This document shows, one piece after another, positions 18,561 to 29,111 of a stretch of DNA of 64,000 bases (its first letter is position 1; each line of letters begins with the position of its first letter). Under the pieces are notes generated by a model. The model was given only the letters and a program-made list of their open reading frames with translations, was not told where the DNA came from and did not search any database. This DNA comes from a virus (lineage: Duplodnaviria; Caudoviricetes). The stretch is from the IMG/VR virus record IMGVR_UViG_3300036971_000130; one strand, 5' to 3'. Position numbers and translations under genes: made by a program.

Positions 18561-21367
18561 GGCGTGGTACCTCCACCGGAACCGCCCCCGCCGGAACCTC
18601 CGGAACCACCAGTGCCGCCAGAGCCGCCGCCACCAGCGGGACGGCCACCGCCACCATGACGACCGCCACCACCGTGATGACGGCCACCACCGTGATGACG
18701 GCGACCGTTCGAGCCAGCACCGCCGCCACCACCAGCCGGGCGAGGACGGTGATGCGGTCGAGGCGTGCCACCACCGCCGCCAGCGGGGTTGTTGCCGGGG
18801 TTGTTGTTGTTCCCATGGTTCCGAGCGTAGCTGTCCACGGCAGTGCGCTGGTGATCCATGAAGTACCTGGACGTGGTCCTCTGGTCGCCATCGGGGTTCC
18901 GACGACGTTCCATCATGTTGCGTCGAGCACGGTTCAGGGACCGAGCACCGGCAGCCGCAGCCACCGGAACAGCGATCGGAGCAGCGAACGCCGAAGCGCC
19001 GAACGCAAGGCCAGCACCAGCGAGGATGGCACCTCGGGTAGCCATGCGCTTCATGCCGCCGCCCTTCTTCCAGTTCGACAGGCCGTTCTTCGCTGCGCCA
19101 CCGAGAGCGCCGAGGCCGTACTTGGCACCAGCCCAAGCCTGACCGATGCCAGGTGCGCTCCGGACCTTGTTATAGAACCCGGACATGAACTTCGTGTTCG
19201 AAAGCTGACCCGCACGATGCGTCGAGAACGGAGCCCGGAGGTTCGCCAGAGCGCCGTGCTTCTGACGAGCAGGCTTCGCAGCCGCAGCACCAGCAGCAGC
19301 AGCACCAGCGGCAGCACCGGCAGCGGCGGATGCACCAGCGGCCTTCCGCTTGTTCCTGACCGCAGTGTTCTTGCCGTAGGAACGACGATCGAGACGACGA
19401 TCGACGGCCCGACGGGCGGAACTCGTACCACGACGAGCGAGACGATCGACACCGGCGACGGTGGCTCCGCCAGCAGCACCAGCCAGAGCACCGTAAGCCA
19501 TGGCCGACGACGGCGAGAACGGCGACGGCATGCCCATGGCATCCTTCATAATCTTCTGAAGGATGATGATGGCGGTGATCGGAGCGAAGCCCATCCACAG
19601 GAGTTGCAGGAAGGAGCCAGGCCCGAAGGACTCAATGCCGATCTGGTTCAGGAACCCGGTCACGATCGTGACGAGGCCGAGGATCAGCATGAGGCCAGAC
19701 GAGTAGATCGTCATGCCGAGCAGGAACTTCACGAACTTGGCAAGCTTCGAGTCCCCGCCCCCGGACCCGAACAAGGCGAAGACGAGCATCGGGAAGATCA
19801 TCACGATCATCACGACCGAGACCGTCTTGGCGATGATGACACCACCAGCGATGAGACCGAAGACGATCATAATGAACAGGGCCGAGATCACGTAGATGAA
19901 GGCGACCGCCATCGAGTTGGCGTAGGCGTCACCGTGCCAGGTCATCAGGAAGTCACGGGCGCTCGACGATTCCTTGGTGTTGTCGTTGATGTAGCCGGAC
20001 GAGTCGGTCCACTCGAATCGGGTGTCCTCGGCGTTCCAGTCGTCCCAGACGCTCTCGCAGGATTCGGCCCACGAAGTTCCGTCCTCGCCTCGGGTGACCT
20101 CGGGCCAGGAATCCTTGCCTCCACCTTCGGCGGACTCGTCCGAGGTCGGCTCACCCTTGACGTTCACGGTCGTGAAGTTGCCCTTGGAGTCGAGAGCACA
20201 GCTAGCCCACCAGATGCCAGCCTGGTCCCTCGTCTTGTTGTTGCCGCCGGTGAACAGTTCCGTCGACGGGATCTGAGACTCGAACTTGTTGAACACCATC
20301 GTCGAAGCAGCGATGCGGTCACGCTCACGGGTGGCGTCGAAGCCTGCACCCTTCGCCTTGTTCTTGTAGCCAGCGATGTACTTGGCGTCGACCAGCTTGT
20401 ACCCGGCGTTGCGATCGAGCAGGCGGCAGTAGACACGCTCGCCGTAGTTGTTCTTGGTGCCGAACTGGACCCGGATGTAGGAGGACAGGCCAGACTGCTC
20501 CCACATCGACGAGATGACGAGAGGCAGCGAGGCAGCGTCCGGGTTGCGGACGTTGTTGGTGTAGCGGGCACGCAGGTTCGCCACGTACATCCGGCACGAG
20601 AGCGGATCGTTGGCAGAACTGTTCCCGGAGGTTCCGTAGGCACCCGGACCAGGCATCTGGTTCACCAAGGCGTTCGTCGGCATCGACGCCACCGAGGTGA
20701 CGATGTTCTCCGTCTTCTGGGCGAACCAGGCGGGCGAACCACCTGCCACCTTGTTCGTCTGGTTCGTCTGGATGGCACCGTTCATCAGGACGATGAAGAC
20801 GGTCAGCGTCATCACGGTCTGGACGAGCTTCTTCTTCGGGTTCTCGGCGGTCTTGTTCGCCTTCCAGAGAGCGCCGATGATGGCGCACGCAGCGGCGAAG
20901 GAGACGAGCCCGGAGTCCAGCATGGCGTTGCCGAGGGACGCCGACACCCGGTCGGCCGCACAGCCGCCGGAGTCGAGCAACGTGTAGTCGGAGGCGAACA
21001 TGATGAAGCCACCGGCGACGGACCAGAACGTGTCACCCCAGGTCAGGGAGACCGACTGGATGAAGCTTCGGTTCAGCTTCTTGTCGATGTCGTCGGTGAC
21101 GCCAGCGCCAAGACGGGAGTGAAGCTGGGACGTGGAGCCAGCCCAGCGGGTCAGCGGCAGGTACTTCTCGGCCTTGACCTTGCTGTCGGTCTCGTCGCTG
21201 AGAGTGGCGTCTTCCGCCTGGACATCGTCGAATCGACGGCATTCGCCGTTGGCCGACGCCTGGGCGGCAACGGCGTCAGGGGTCTGGGCATGGGCCGCAC
21301 CGGAGAACGCCCCGAACAGCATCACGGCCGTGAACATCACGACCAGGATCTTGGAGATGAGCTTCAC
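18557..21367 (-). CDS. Polytopic conjugation membrane protein (VirB6/TcpH-like)
   Basis: Signal peptide (AHA|Q), two clusters of TM helices, Ala/Gly-rich basic C-terminal tail; lies between the PrgI-like gene and the hydrolase. Confidence 0.7.
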   Translation of the reverse strand: MKLISKILVVMFTAVMLFGAFSGAAHAQTPDAVAAQASANGECRRFDDVQAEDATLSDETDSKVKAEKYLPLTRWAGSTSQLHSRLGAGVTDDIDKKLNRSFIQSVSLTWGDTFWSVAGGFIMFASDYTLLDSGGCAADRVSASLGNAMLDSGLVSFAAACAIIGALWKANKTAENPKKKLVQTVMTLTVFIVLMNGAIQTNQTNKVAGGSPAWFAQKTENIVTSVASMPTNALVNQMPGPGAYGTSGNSSANDPLSCRMYVANLRARYTNNVRNPDAASLPLVISSMWEQSGLSSYIRVQFGTKNNYGERVYCRLLDRNAGYKLVDAKYIAGYKNKAKGAGFDATRERDRIAASTMVFNKFESQIPSTELFTGGNNKTRDQAGIWWASCALDSKGNFTTVNVKGEPTSDESAEGGGKDSWPEVTRGEDGTSWAESCESVWDDWNAEDTRFEWTDSSGYINDNTKESSSARDFLMTWHGDAYANSMAVAFIYVISALFIMIVFGLIAGGVIIAKTVSVVMIVMIFPMLVFALFGSGGGDSKLAKFVKFLLGMTIYSSGLMLILGLVTIVTGFLNQIGIESFGPGSFLQLLWMGFAPITAIIILQKIMKDAMGMPSPFSPSSAMAYGALAGAAGGATVAGVDRLARRGTSSARRAVDRRLDRRSYGKNTAVRNKRKAAGASAAAGAAAGAAAAGAAAAKPARQKHGALANLRAPFSTHRAGQLSNTKFMSGFYNKVRSAPGIGQAWAGAKYGLGALGGAAKNGLSNWKKGGGMKRMATRGAILAGAGLAFGASAFAAPIAVPVAAAAGARSLNRARRNMMERRRNPDGDQRTTSRYFMDHQRTAVDSYARNHGNNNNPGNNPAGGGGGTPRPHHRPRPAGGGGGAGSNGRRHHGGGRHHGGGGRHGGGGRPAGGGGSGGTGGSGGSGGGGSGGGTTP

Positions 21368-21780
21368 TGGCGGCTGCTCCGAACGTAGTAGGGGACGGTC
21401 CCGTTGACGGGGACCGACGACCGAGAGATGACGTAGTACCGGCAGAAGATCGGCTCGACAGGCTGACCTGCGACGACCCAGGTTCCGACGTTCGACTTCT
21501 TCTTGGTCCTGATGTGATCCCAGAGAGGAAGCCGGAGACCTGACTGGACTCGGTAGTTGATGAAGAAGAAGAAGATCCCGATGACCAGCGGGATGCAGAG
21601 GATGGAGTTGATCCCGAAGAACGGGAAGGCCAACAGCGTGACGAACACACCAGGGAGGAACCCTGCGATGCAGATGATGAAGGTCTTCTGCTGGATCTCG
21701 AACCCAGAGATCGTGACACGACGAGACTCGTTGAGGTCTCGGGTCAGGTGGGTGAGGGTGAATACCTCGTAGTCGCTCAT
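21364..21780 (-). CDS. PrgI/TcpE (VirB3-like) two-TM conjugation protein
   Basis: ATG 21780 with RBS AGGAGG; two TM helices then R..GLR.P.W; position in the tra operon. Confidence 0.6.
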   Translation of the reverse strand: MSDYEVFTLTHLTRDLNESRRVTISGFEIQQKTFIICIAGFLPGVFVTLLAFPFFGINSILCIPLVIGIFFFFINYRVQSGLRLPLWDHIRTKKKSNVGTWVVAGQPVEPIFCRYYVISRSSVPVNGTVPYYVRSSRQ

Positions 21781-21801
21781 CTTTTCCTCCTGGTCAGACG
21801 A

Positions 21802-21831
21802 GAAGGGCGACACCCGGAGGTGTCGCCCTTC
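21802..21831 (-). terminator. Perfect 13-bp hairpin (UCCG loop) after the pilin-like gene
   Basis: GAAGGGCGACACC-TCCG-GGTGTCGCCCTTC. Confidence 0.7.
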
Positions 21832-21855
21832 GATGTGGTGGGCTGCGGACGACGC

Positions 21856-22194
21856 CTACGAAGCGTTCTTCGAGATGATCTTGGCGAGGGCGTTGGCGAG
21901 AAGGTCGATGATCGTGAGGATGTTCGGGATGATCAGACCCGGAGCCGACAGGATCGCACCGATGAGGATGGCGTAGCCGATGTTCGATCCGCTACCACCA
22001 CCACCGCCGCCACCGCCGGACTTGCGCTTGTCCCACAGCATCTTGACGACAGCGAAGACGACGATCAGCATGCCGACGACGTTCATCAGGGTGGTGATGC
22101 CACCCAACGTCCCCGAGATCGTCTCCCAGAAGTCCTTCCAGCCTCCTGCGAGGTTCACGGTATCGCCGGTTGCTCCGAAGATGGTGCTCAACAT
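21856..22194 (-). CDS. Small two-TM pilin-like (VirB2/TrbC-like) conjugation protein
   Basis: 112 aa, two hydrophobic helices separated by a Gly-rich loop; RBS AGGAGG; first gene of the tra operon. Confidence 0.55.
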   Translation of the reverse strand: MLSTIFGATGDTVNLAGGWKDFWETISGTLGGITTLMNVVGMLIVVFAVVKMLWDKRKSGGGGGGGGSGSNIGYAILIGAILSAPGLIIPNILTIIDLLANALAKIISKNAS

Positions 22195-22261
22195 GTCTTG
22201 GCCCTCCTAGGCTGTCTACTGAGAAACTGTGACTTCCCCCATCACCCCATGGTGAAATAGG

Positions 22262-22705
22262 TCAGGATGCCCGGACGAGCATCTCCATCTCCCGAACTTC
22301 GGGATCGCTGAGAATCCTCTCCCGCTGCTCATTGGAGAGCGGGAAGCGGAGAAGATGACGAAGAACGATCGGGGACGAATCGCCAGCGAGCAGGTCGTTG
22401 ATCTTCGGATCGCCACGATCGGCAAGCTCGAAACGGACCATCGGAGACGGGTCGTCGACAAGGCGACGGGCCTGCTCGTCCGACAGGACGGGGTTCGTTG
22501 CAGCGGTCGCCCGAACGTGCTCGCTCGGGTGGTTGACGAACTCGTCGAGCGACTGGCTGTCGTTGCAGTTGAACGCAGCCTCGATCGCCTCGTCGTCGAG
22601 GGCGACCGGGTCACGGCTGATCTTCGGGTCGCCGCCGGTCCCGTACTGGGAAGGACCGAACGTGCCGTTGCCGAAGCGGATCTGGCTGGTGTTGTCGTTG
22701 CTCAT
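22262..22705 (-). CDS. LRV/HEAT-like repeat protein with N-terminal RFGNGTF tag
   Basis: ATG 22705; repeats HPSEHVRATAATNP, DPSPMVRFELA, DSSPIVLRHLL. Confidence 0.65.
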   Translation of the reverse strand: MSNDNTSQIRFGNGTFGPSQYGTGGDPKISRDPVALDDEAIEAAFNCNDSQSLDEFVNHPSEHVRATAATNPVLSDEQARRLVDDPSPMVRFELADRGDPKINDLLAGDSSPIVLRHLLRFPLSNEQRERILSDPEVREMEMLVRAS

Positions 22706-22715
22706 CTCAGGTACC

Positions 22716-24071
22716 TCACGCCGAGACCTTCGTCCGGGTTCGAGGGGCGGTTGCAGCGAGGATCGCCGCATCCCAGGTTTCGTCCTCACGTCCGGGAACG
22801 AACATGATGGTCTGCATGATCTTGCGCTGGTCCTCGTAGGTCCCAGCGTCACTGAACGGGGCGAACAGCGCCCGGACCGTCCGGTCGCTTGCCGTCTCGT
22901 CGCTCCACTGACGCCACGCCTCCGCTACTCCACCGACATCAGCGATTGCCTTGCGGTGAGCGGTTGCACTGGTCGTCGAGAACTGCTCGTCACCGGACTT
23001 GACCTGGCTTGCGCCGGTCTCACGACGGAGGATCGACCAGAGTTGACGCTTGATCATGCTCTTGTCGCCACCAGCGAGAGCCTCGGCAGCGCCATGGTCG
23101 AAGGTGCTGAAGGTCGTTCCGGCCTCCATCGGAGAACTGGAACCGGTGAAGCTCGGGGCGGCGATGTCGATGCCGGGGCTGTCCTCGTCACCGCCAGCGT
23201 CGAGGGACAGCGTCCCACGCTTGATCTGCTGGATCGAGTGGAAGCCGATCGTCGGACGGCGGGTTGCAGCGAAGCCCATCCGGATCTCATCCGCGATCTC
23301 GTCACGGCGGGCTGCCGAGACAGGACCACGACGGCCTTCTTCTTCGACTCGCTCGGACCACATGCGGTAGGCGTTGCGGTTCACCGACTGATCGGTGCCC
23401 GTGATGGCCTGACGAGCGACGTTGTCGACGATCGTGTTGATGTTCGGAGCGGCAGAGGTGAGGATGCCTCCCGGAGCGATGACACCTTCGTCATCGACCA
23501 GGCGGCTCTCGCCGTCCACCATCCGGCGACCGTTGGCTCCACGGACACGCTCGACGAAGCGAGACTGGGTGTTGCGCCAGGTCGTCAGGAACTCGCTGGT
23601 GGCAGCGTTCACGAGGTCTTCGTGGCTGTCGAAGTGCTGTGCGAGGGAGTCACGGGACCGCTTGAAGTTGAGACCTGCACGGAGGTTCAGCGTCTTCAGG
23701 ACGACCGCCTCGTCGTAGGAGCCGACGCCGTAGGCATCGAGGATCTCCTGGTCGGTAGCGGTCTCCGGGTCGATCGTGGCGAGTTCGTTCGAGCGGTCGG
23801 GAACGAACTTCTCGCCCTTGGCTTCAGCGGCACGCCGAGCACGGCGCTCACGCATTCGGGCGAGACGATCCTCAGGGATGACGACTTCCTCGAACACGGG
23901 AGCAGGAACAGGAGGGTTGTCCTCCTGCCACTCGGAGATGTCCGCTCGGATGTTGCGCTCGAACATGGCGTCGATGTCGACCAGGTCAGTGGTAGCACCG
24001 AACCCACGATCGCGAACGGAGAACTCTCCGACAACGTTCCGAGGGTGGCGTGCTTCATCCCAGGTCTTCAT
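22716..24071 (-). CDS. Hypothetical, possibly divergent sigma-70-like protein, with N-terminal WDEARHPRNVVGEF tag
   Basis: ATG 24071 follows CCAATAGTT-N5. HEDLVNAA is region 2.2-like and LSLDAGGDED is region 3.2-like. Confidence 0.6.
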   Translation of the reverse strand: MKTWDEARHPRNVVGEFSVRDRGFGATTDLVDIDAMFERNIRADISEWQEDNPPVPAPVFEEVVIPEDRLARMRERRARRAAEAKGEKFVPDRSNELATIDPETATDQEILDAYGVGSYDEAVVLKTLNLRAGLNFKRSRDSLAQHFDSHEDLVNAATSEFLTTWRNTQSRFVERVRGANGRRMVDGESRLVDDEGVIAPGGILTSAAPNINTIVDNVARQAITGTDQSVNRNAYRMWSERVEEEGRRGPVSAARRDEIADEIRMGFAATRRPTIGFHSIQQIKRGTLSLDAGGDEDSPGIDIAAPSFTGSSSPMEAGTTFSTFDHGAAEALAGGDKSMIKRQLWSILRRETGASQVKSGDEQFSTTSATAHRKAIADVGGVAEAWRQWSDETASDRTVRALFAPFSDAGTYEDQRKIMQTIMFVPGREDETWDAAILAATAPRTRTKVSA

Positions 24072-24104
24072 ACCTGAACTATTGGTGGCGAAAGCGGGCA
24101 TCTG

Positions 24105-27100
24105 TCAACTCCTGCGAAGGGTGGCGGCGAAGTTCAGTGCAGCCGCTCCGGGAACTTCGTCAGCCCGGACGATCCAGGTCCGACGATGAATGTCAGAACG
24201 GGTGCTCTCCCGCATGATCGGGACTCCGTCATAGACCAGAGCTTTCGTCTCCGACATCATCGACTCGTCGTTCAGGCGGTCGAAGCGACTGCCGGTCAGA
24301 TGGTCGATGTTGTCGAGCGGAGTCTCGATCTCCGGTCTCGTACGACAGAGTACATTGCGAGCGCCGTCGAGCCAGTCATCGGTACCCGTAACCGAAGCTT
24401 CCACGATGATCTCGTCCACCTGGCCGGGCGACCACGGGAACTCGTAAACGGCTTCGGACATCTCGATGAACTCCGACACCGTCCAGCGTCCGACCATGCC
24501 GGACCTGTCCGGCGGACGCACCGTGCCGGTGAGGGAAGGGGCTTCCATCGTGGCGACAGATCCACCGTCATCGGGCTTCGTCCCACCACCTCCGACCTCG
24601 AAGTTCGAGACGATCTGATCGAAGATCGCATCCACGTCCTCGGTCTCTGGTCCAAGTGCGATCGGTTCGTCTTCAGGTGCCGGAACCGGGTCGTCTTCCG
24701 GCTCTGGTTCCTGAGGTTCTGTGGGTTCAGTCGGCGCAGACGGAGGACCGTCGAAAATCGACATCTGACCCATCCGTGGATCGTCGTCAGGACGATCGAA
24801 GATGAACTCGGGAACCTCGAAGCTGTCACGGAACGACGTGTCCTTCAGAGACAGGACTTCGAGATCGTCGAGGGTCAGTTCCGGACGTTCGTCTGCCGGT
24901 TCGACGTGCTCGACACCACTGCTGTCGTCATCATCGAGAGCGTCAGGCGGAGGTGGAGCCTGACGGACCTTACGGAGACCTCGGACGATCACGACATCAC
25001 CGACGCTCGGGATGTTGCCCTGAGCGGTGAGGCGATCCATCGTACGGCTCCATGCCACGCCACGGATGTAGGTGCTCGAACCTTCCAGGATGTAGGACGC
25101 ACGGCGACCCCAGTGTCCGGACTTCTCAGCCCACGAAGCGAGGACGCCAACGGTGACGACGGTCTGCTTCGTGGTCTCGGCCACGACCCGAGAGATCGGT
25201 TGAGGCTTGATCCCTGACAGACCGACGGACTTCAGTTCGTCGGTGTGGTGCGTCAGCGGCGAAGCCGACAGGAGAACACCCAACAGCTTCCGCTCACGAC
25301 GGGCCTGCTCCACGTAGGACCAGGACATCAGCGGAACGTCGTCCTCGGCGTAGGCGACGATGCCTGCGGTCGCCAGCAGGAACATCAGCGACTTCCGGGC
25401 AGGCGTACCATCGGGGAGCTTCGGAGCGAACTCGTCCATTGCCCCTGACTCGATGAGCTTCGGGATCTCGCCTCGGCCGACTCGCATCTCCGGCGGGAGG
25501 CCGGGGTCGAAGCACCGTGAGCAGAGATCATCGAAGGACGTGAACAACCCTCCACGGTCACGTTCAGCTACGAGACGATGCATCTCGGAAGCGTTGGCAC
25601 CTTTGATCTCCGAGAGGCCGAACGAGACCTCGTTGCTGGCGTTGACCGAGGTCTTCACCAGGCTTCCGTTCACCGACGGGAGCACGACGGCGACACCTTC
25701 CTCACGCATGGCGGTGAGCATCGACAGTCGGCGTTCGTTGTCCTTCGTCGACATGAGCAGACCAGCGGCGTACGCCTCCGGCCAGTTCGCCTTCAGGTAG
25801 GCGGTCATGTACGAGAGAGTTCCGTACGAGAACGAGTGGGCCTTGTTGAACGAGTATTCACCGGCCGACTTCATCGTGTCCCAGAGCCGCTCGGCGGTCT
25901 CGTAGTGGAACGCTGGCTTCACGAGGTTGCCATCCTCGTCCCGGATCTCCTGCTGGGCACCTTCGACGAACTGGGTGCCGACCTTCGCAAGTTCGTCGGC
26001 GTTCTTCTTCGAGACCGCCTTCCGAAGCTTGTTCGTGCCGACCGGGTCGAAGCCTCCGACCTTGGCGGCAATCGACATCATCTGCTCCTGGTACACGCAG
26101 TTGTGGACCACGACGCCGTTGGCGATGAAGTTGTGGATGCCCGCAACCGTGATGTCGTAGACCCTCTCGATGCCTCCGGTTGCGATCTCGGGGACCTCGA
26201 TCCACCGGATGCCGCCGGGTTCGGATGCCGAATCGAGGAACGAGATCAGGAATGCGTTCTCGTTGTTCGGCATCGGCCTCACCTGGCTCTGGATGCCGAG
26301 ACGCAGAGCGAGGAACTGGATCTGCTCGACGATCGTGGGCGACACCGTGAACAGTGGCCTCCCACTGGCGATGATCTGGCTGACCAACGCTCGAACGATC
26401 TCGTCGTCCGCCGACATGAACTCCTGGGGGATCGCCTCGTCGACGAACCACGAGTCTTCGGCCAGCGTGACACCGATGCCCCTGGCGTTCACGATCGAAA
26501 CCAGATTGTCTCGCTGGTGCTCGACATCAGGGTTGAGGTACCGGCTCGGTTCGGCAACGAGGTCACCGGAGACGAGATCGCCTGCTGCGATCCACCCTCG
26601 GTTCGTCAGAACCTTGTGGTCCGGCGTGGCTCGCAACGTCTGACCGTTCGAGAAGGAGAGCTTCATCACTTGGCGATCGCCGTTGTCCATGAAGTGCGTG
26701 ATCTGCCCGGATGCCAGGTTGTTGTCCTCGTCGACGCCCTGAACCACCTCACCGACTTCAGCCTCGTCGATGTTGATGAGGTGGCCTCTCGTCACCGAGT
26801 AGATGCGAGTGTCCCCGGTCACGCAGACGCCGTAGGTGTCAGCGAAGACCGACTCGATGATCTCGTTCTCGACCTCGGCGTTCTGTGAGGTGCGGGTGTA
26901 CATGCCGTAGTCGACAGCCTCACGGCCGTGCTTGCGCTCCACGTACCTCGTGTGCATGTTGGCACCGAGTGGGCCAGGTCGGTACAGGGCGAGTAGAGCG
27001 GAGAGGTCGTTGAGGCTCGTCGGGCGCATGTCTACGGTGAGAGCCGTCATGCCCTGGGACTCCAACTGGAAGACGCCGGAGGTCTTGCCTTCACCGAGCA

Positions 27101-29111
27101 GCTTCCATGTCTTGCGGATTCGCTGACGATCGACTTCGGTCAGGTTCGGGTCGTCGAGATCGGTCGGGAGGAAGTCCGGGTCGATGTCTTCGCCGGTGGT
27201 CTCCTTGATGACGTTCACGCAGGATGCGACCACGTCGAGGTTCCGGAGGCTGAGGGCGTCGATCTTCATGTAGTCGGCGGCGCTGATGTCGACAGCGTCG
27301 TTCTGAAGAACCGGGACATCCGAGGTCGCCGTGTAGCGCCGGGGAAGGTCGCCTTCCATGCTCACATCGGAGACGACGATGCCGCAGGCGTGGATGCCCT
27401 CCTTGTCGATGAGATCCTCGAACTCCAACGCCAATGACACGACCGCCTGGTAGGCGACGTTCTTGTCCTTGCGGGACAGGAAGTCCGAGGCGAGGGTCTT
27501 GATCTTCTCGCTGGCGCTCTCGTCGGTCGCCATGTGGAGGGGGAGCGGCTTGCCGCCTGGGAGCATCGGGATCGAACGGGAGAGTTCGTCTCCGATATCG
27601 GTCTCATCGAGGACCGACGCTGCGGCCTTCAGAGCGCCCTTGGACTTCAGCGTTCCGAGGTTGCCGATTCGAGCGACCCGGTCGTAGCCCCATCGCTGAG
27701 CGAGGTAGACGAACACCTCGTTGCGTCGGCCGGTCTCGAAGTCGATGTCGATGTCGGGCATCTCCATGCGGTCGATAGAGAGGAACCTTTCGAACAGGAG
27801 GCCGTTCGAGATCGGCTCGACGTTGACGATGCCGAGGCAGTAGGAGATCGCACATCCGGCAGCGGAGCCTCGTCCGGGGCCGACTCGGATGCCGACCGAA
27901 CGTGCCCACTCGATCATGTCCTGCACGATCAGGAAGTAGTCACCGAGGCCCTTCGTGTCGATGATCCCGAACTCGAAGCTGATCCGGTCCTGGACGACCT
28001 TGTCGATCTTGCCGCTGGCACCGTAGCGCCACCAAGCTCCGGCGATGATCTGGTCCCACAGGTAGGCCGAGGAACCTTCGAGGCCCTTCGCCTTCGCCAT
28101 GGCGGACGGAGTCCAGTCTGCTGGCGGGTCGAACTTCGGCAGACGGATGCGCTTCTCACGGACCCCGATGACATCGTCGTCAGTGACCATCTCAGCGATC
28201 TTCAGGGAGTTCACGACGGCGAGTTCTGTGCCGGGCTGGTTGTTGAACAGCGCCCGCATCTCGGCCGGGGTGCGGAGGTGGTAGCCCTCACCCTGGAACT
28301 TGAACCGACGATCGTCGCTGATCTGCGACTTCGTCGAGTGGCAGAGCCACGCTTCGTGACCGTCGGCGTTCTCGGCTTCGACGTAGTGGGCGTCGTTGGT
28401 GGCGACGACTTCGAGCCCGAACTTCTTGGCGAGTTCGACGAGCCCGCCGATGACCTTCTTCTCGGCAGCGATGCTGTGGTCCATGACTTCGACGAAGACC
28501 CGGTCCCGTCCGAAGGCCCCGACCAACTGGGCGAGGTTCCTCTCGGCGGTCTTCATGTCGCCCTGCAAGATCGGACCGGCGACCGGACCACCGAGGCAGC
28601 CGGTGAGGCAGATCAGCCCGTCTTGGAGGGAGCACAGGAGGTCGAGGTCGATCCTGGGCTTGTACCAGGTTGCCGCTTCCCGGTTCGCTGCATTGTTCAG
28701 CCGGACGAGGTTCTCCCATCCGGTGCGGTTGTAGGCGAACACGGTGATGTGCTGGTACCGCTTGTGCTTGGTCTTGCCGGTCGCATCGCCGGAGGCCGAC
28801 GAGTCGAGGTCGATGTCGTTGATGCCGACGATGATCGAGTCACGGTCGAACCGGCTGCCGATCGACAGGTAGAACTCGCAGCCGATGATCGGCTTCACGC
28901 CCTTGTCGAGACATGCCTCGATGAACTTCCGGCAGCCGGAGAGTGTCCCGTGGTCGGAGATCCCCACAGCGGGCGAGTCGTCCCCGTCGGCCAGACCGTT
29001 GCGGAAGGCTGCTCCGGCGAGGGCTTTGATCCGGGCGGCTCCGTCGAGAACGCTGTGGGAGGTGTGGTTGTGCAGTGAGACCCATCCAGGTCGGAGGATC
29101 TCAACGGTCAT
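24105..29111 (-). CDS. dnaE: DNA polymerase III alpha subunit with one intein and a long acidic C-terminal extension
   Basis: PHP motifs HNHTSHS/SDHG/TNDAHY; GPGRGSAAG; FERFL..R..MPDIDIDF; GIHACG; GVFQLES; YRPGP; YSFNKAH. Confidence 0.97.
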   Translation of the reverse strand: MTVEILRPGWVSLHNHTSHSVLDGAARIKALAGAAFRNGLADGDDSPAVGISDHGTLSGCRKFIEACLDKGVKPIIGCEFYLSIGSRFDRDSIIVGINDIDLDSSASGDATGKTKHKRYQHITVFAYNRTGWENLVRLNNAANREAATWYKPRIDLDLLCSLQDGLICLTGCLGGPVAGPILQGDMKTAERNLAQLVGAFGRDRVFVEVMDHSIAAEKKVIGGLVELAKKFGLEVVATNDAHYVEAENADGHEAWLCHSTKSQISDDRRFKFQGEGYHLRTPAEMRALFNNQPGTELAVVNSLKIAEMVTDDDVIGVREKRIRLPKFDPPADWTPSAMAKAKGLEGSSAYLWDQIIAGAWWRYGASGKIDKVVQDRISFEFGIIDTKGLGDYFLIVQDMIEWARSVGIRVGPGRGSAAGCAISYCLGIVNVEPISNGLLFERFLSIDRMEMPDIDIDFETGRRNEVFVYLAQRWGYDRVARIGNLGTLKSKGALKAAASVLDETDIGDELSRSIPMLPGGKPLPLHMATDESASEKIKTLASDFLSRKDKNVAYQAVVSLALEFEDLIDKEGIHACGIVVSDVSMEGDLPRRYTATSDVPVLQNDAVDISAADYMKIDALSLRNLDVVASCVNVIKETTGEDIDPDFLPTDLDDPNLTEVDRQRIRKTWKLLGEGKTSGVFQLESQGMTALTVDMRPTSLNDLSALLALYRPGPLGANMHTRYVERKHGREAVDYGMYTRTSQNAEVENEIIESVFADTYGVCVTGDTRIYSVTRGHLINIDEAEVGEVVQGVDEDNNLASGQITHFMDNGDRQVMKLSFSNGQTLRATPDHKVLTNRGWIAAGDLVSGDLVAEPSRYLNPDVEHQRDNLVSIVNARGIGVTLAEDSWFVDEAIPQEFMSADDEIVRALVSQIIASGRPLFTVSPTIVEQIQFLALRLGIQSQVRPMPNNENAFLISFLDSASEPGGIRWIEVPEIATGGIERVYDITVAGIHNFIANGVVVHNCVYQEQMMSIAAKVGGFDPVGTNKLRKAVSKKNADELAKVGTQFVEGAQQEIRDEDGNLVKPAFHYETAERLWDTMKSAGEYSFNKAHSFSYGTLSYMTAYLKANWPEAYAAGLLMSTKDNERRLSMLTAMREEGVAVVLPSVNGSLVKTSVNASNEVSFGLSEIKGANASEMHRLVAERDRGGLFTSFDDLCSRCFDPGLPPEMRVGRGEIPKLIESGAMDEFAPKLPDGTPARKSLMFLLATAGIVAYAEDDVPLMSWSYVEQARRERKLLGVLLSASPLTHHTDELKSVGLSGIKPQPISRVVAETTKQTVVTVGVLASWAEKSGHWGRRASYILEGSSTYIRGVAWSRTMDRLTAQGNIPSVGDVVIVRGLRKVRQAPPPPDALDDDDSSGVEHVEPADERPELTLDDLEVLSLKDTSFRDSFEVPEFIFDRPDDDPRMGQMSIFDGPPSAPTEPTEPQEPEPEDDPVPAPEDEPIALGPETEDVDAIFDQIVSNFEVGGGGTKPDDGGSVATMEAPSLTGTVRPPDRSGMVGRWTVSEFIEMSEAVYEFPWSPGQVDEIIVEASVTGTDDWLDGARNVLCRTRPEIETPLDNIDHLTGSRFDRLNDESMMSETKALVYDGVPIMRESTRSDIHRRTWIVRADEVPGAAALNFAATLRRS
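26100..26825 (-). mobile_element. Class 1 intein in DnaE (242 aa, endonuclease degenerate)
   Basis: TYGV|CVTGDT...ATPDHKV...VYDITV...VVHN|CVYQEQ; interrupts the conserved TYGx-xYQEQ segment. Confidence 0.93.

Noticed and set aside
18565-18810. Gly/His/Asn-rich tandem repeats (GGGRHH)
   Set aside because: Low-complexity coding tail of the VirB6-like protein, not a separate repeat element.
18561-19136. N-terminal ~190 aa of track ORF 15162..19136
   Set aside because: R/W/P-rich off-frame reading of the VirB6-like tail; the ATGA overlap at 18560 is the credible start.
15183-21388. Long plus-strand ORFs 15183..17774 and 18311..21388
   Set aside because: Antisense shadows of the hydrolase and VirB6-like genes in GC-rich DNA.
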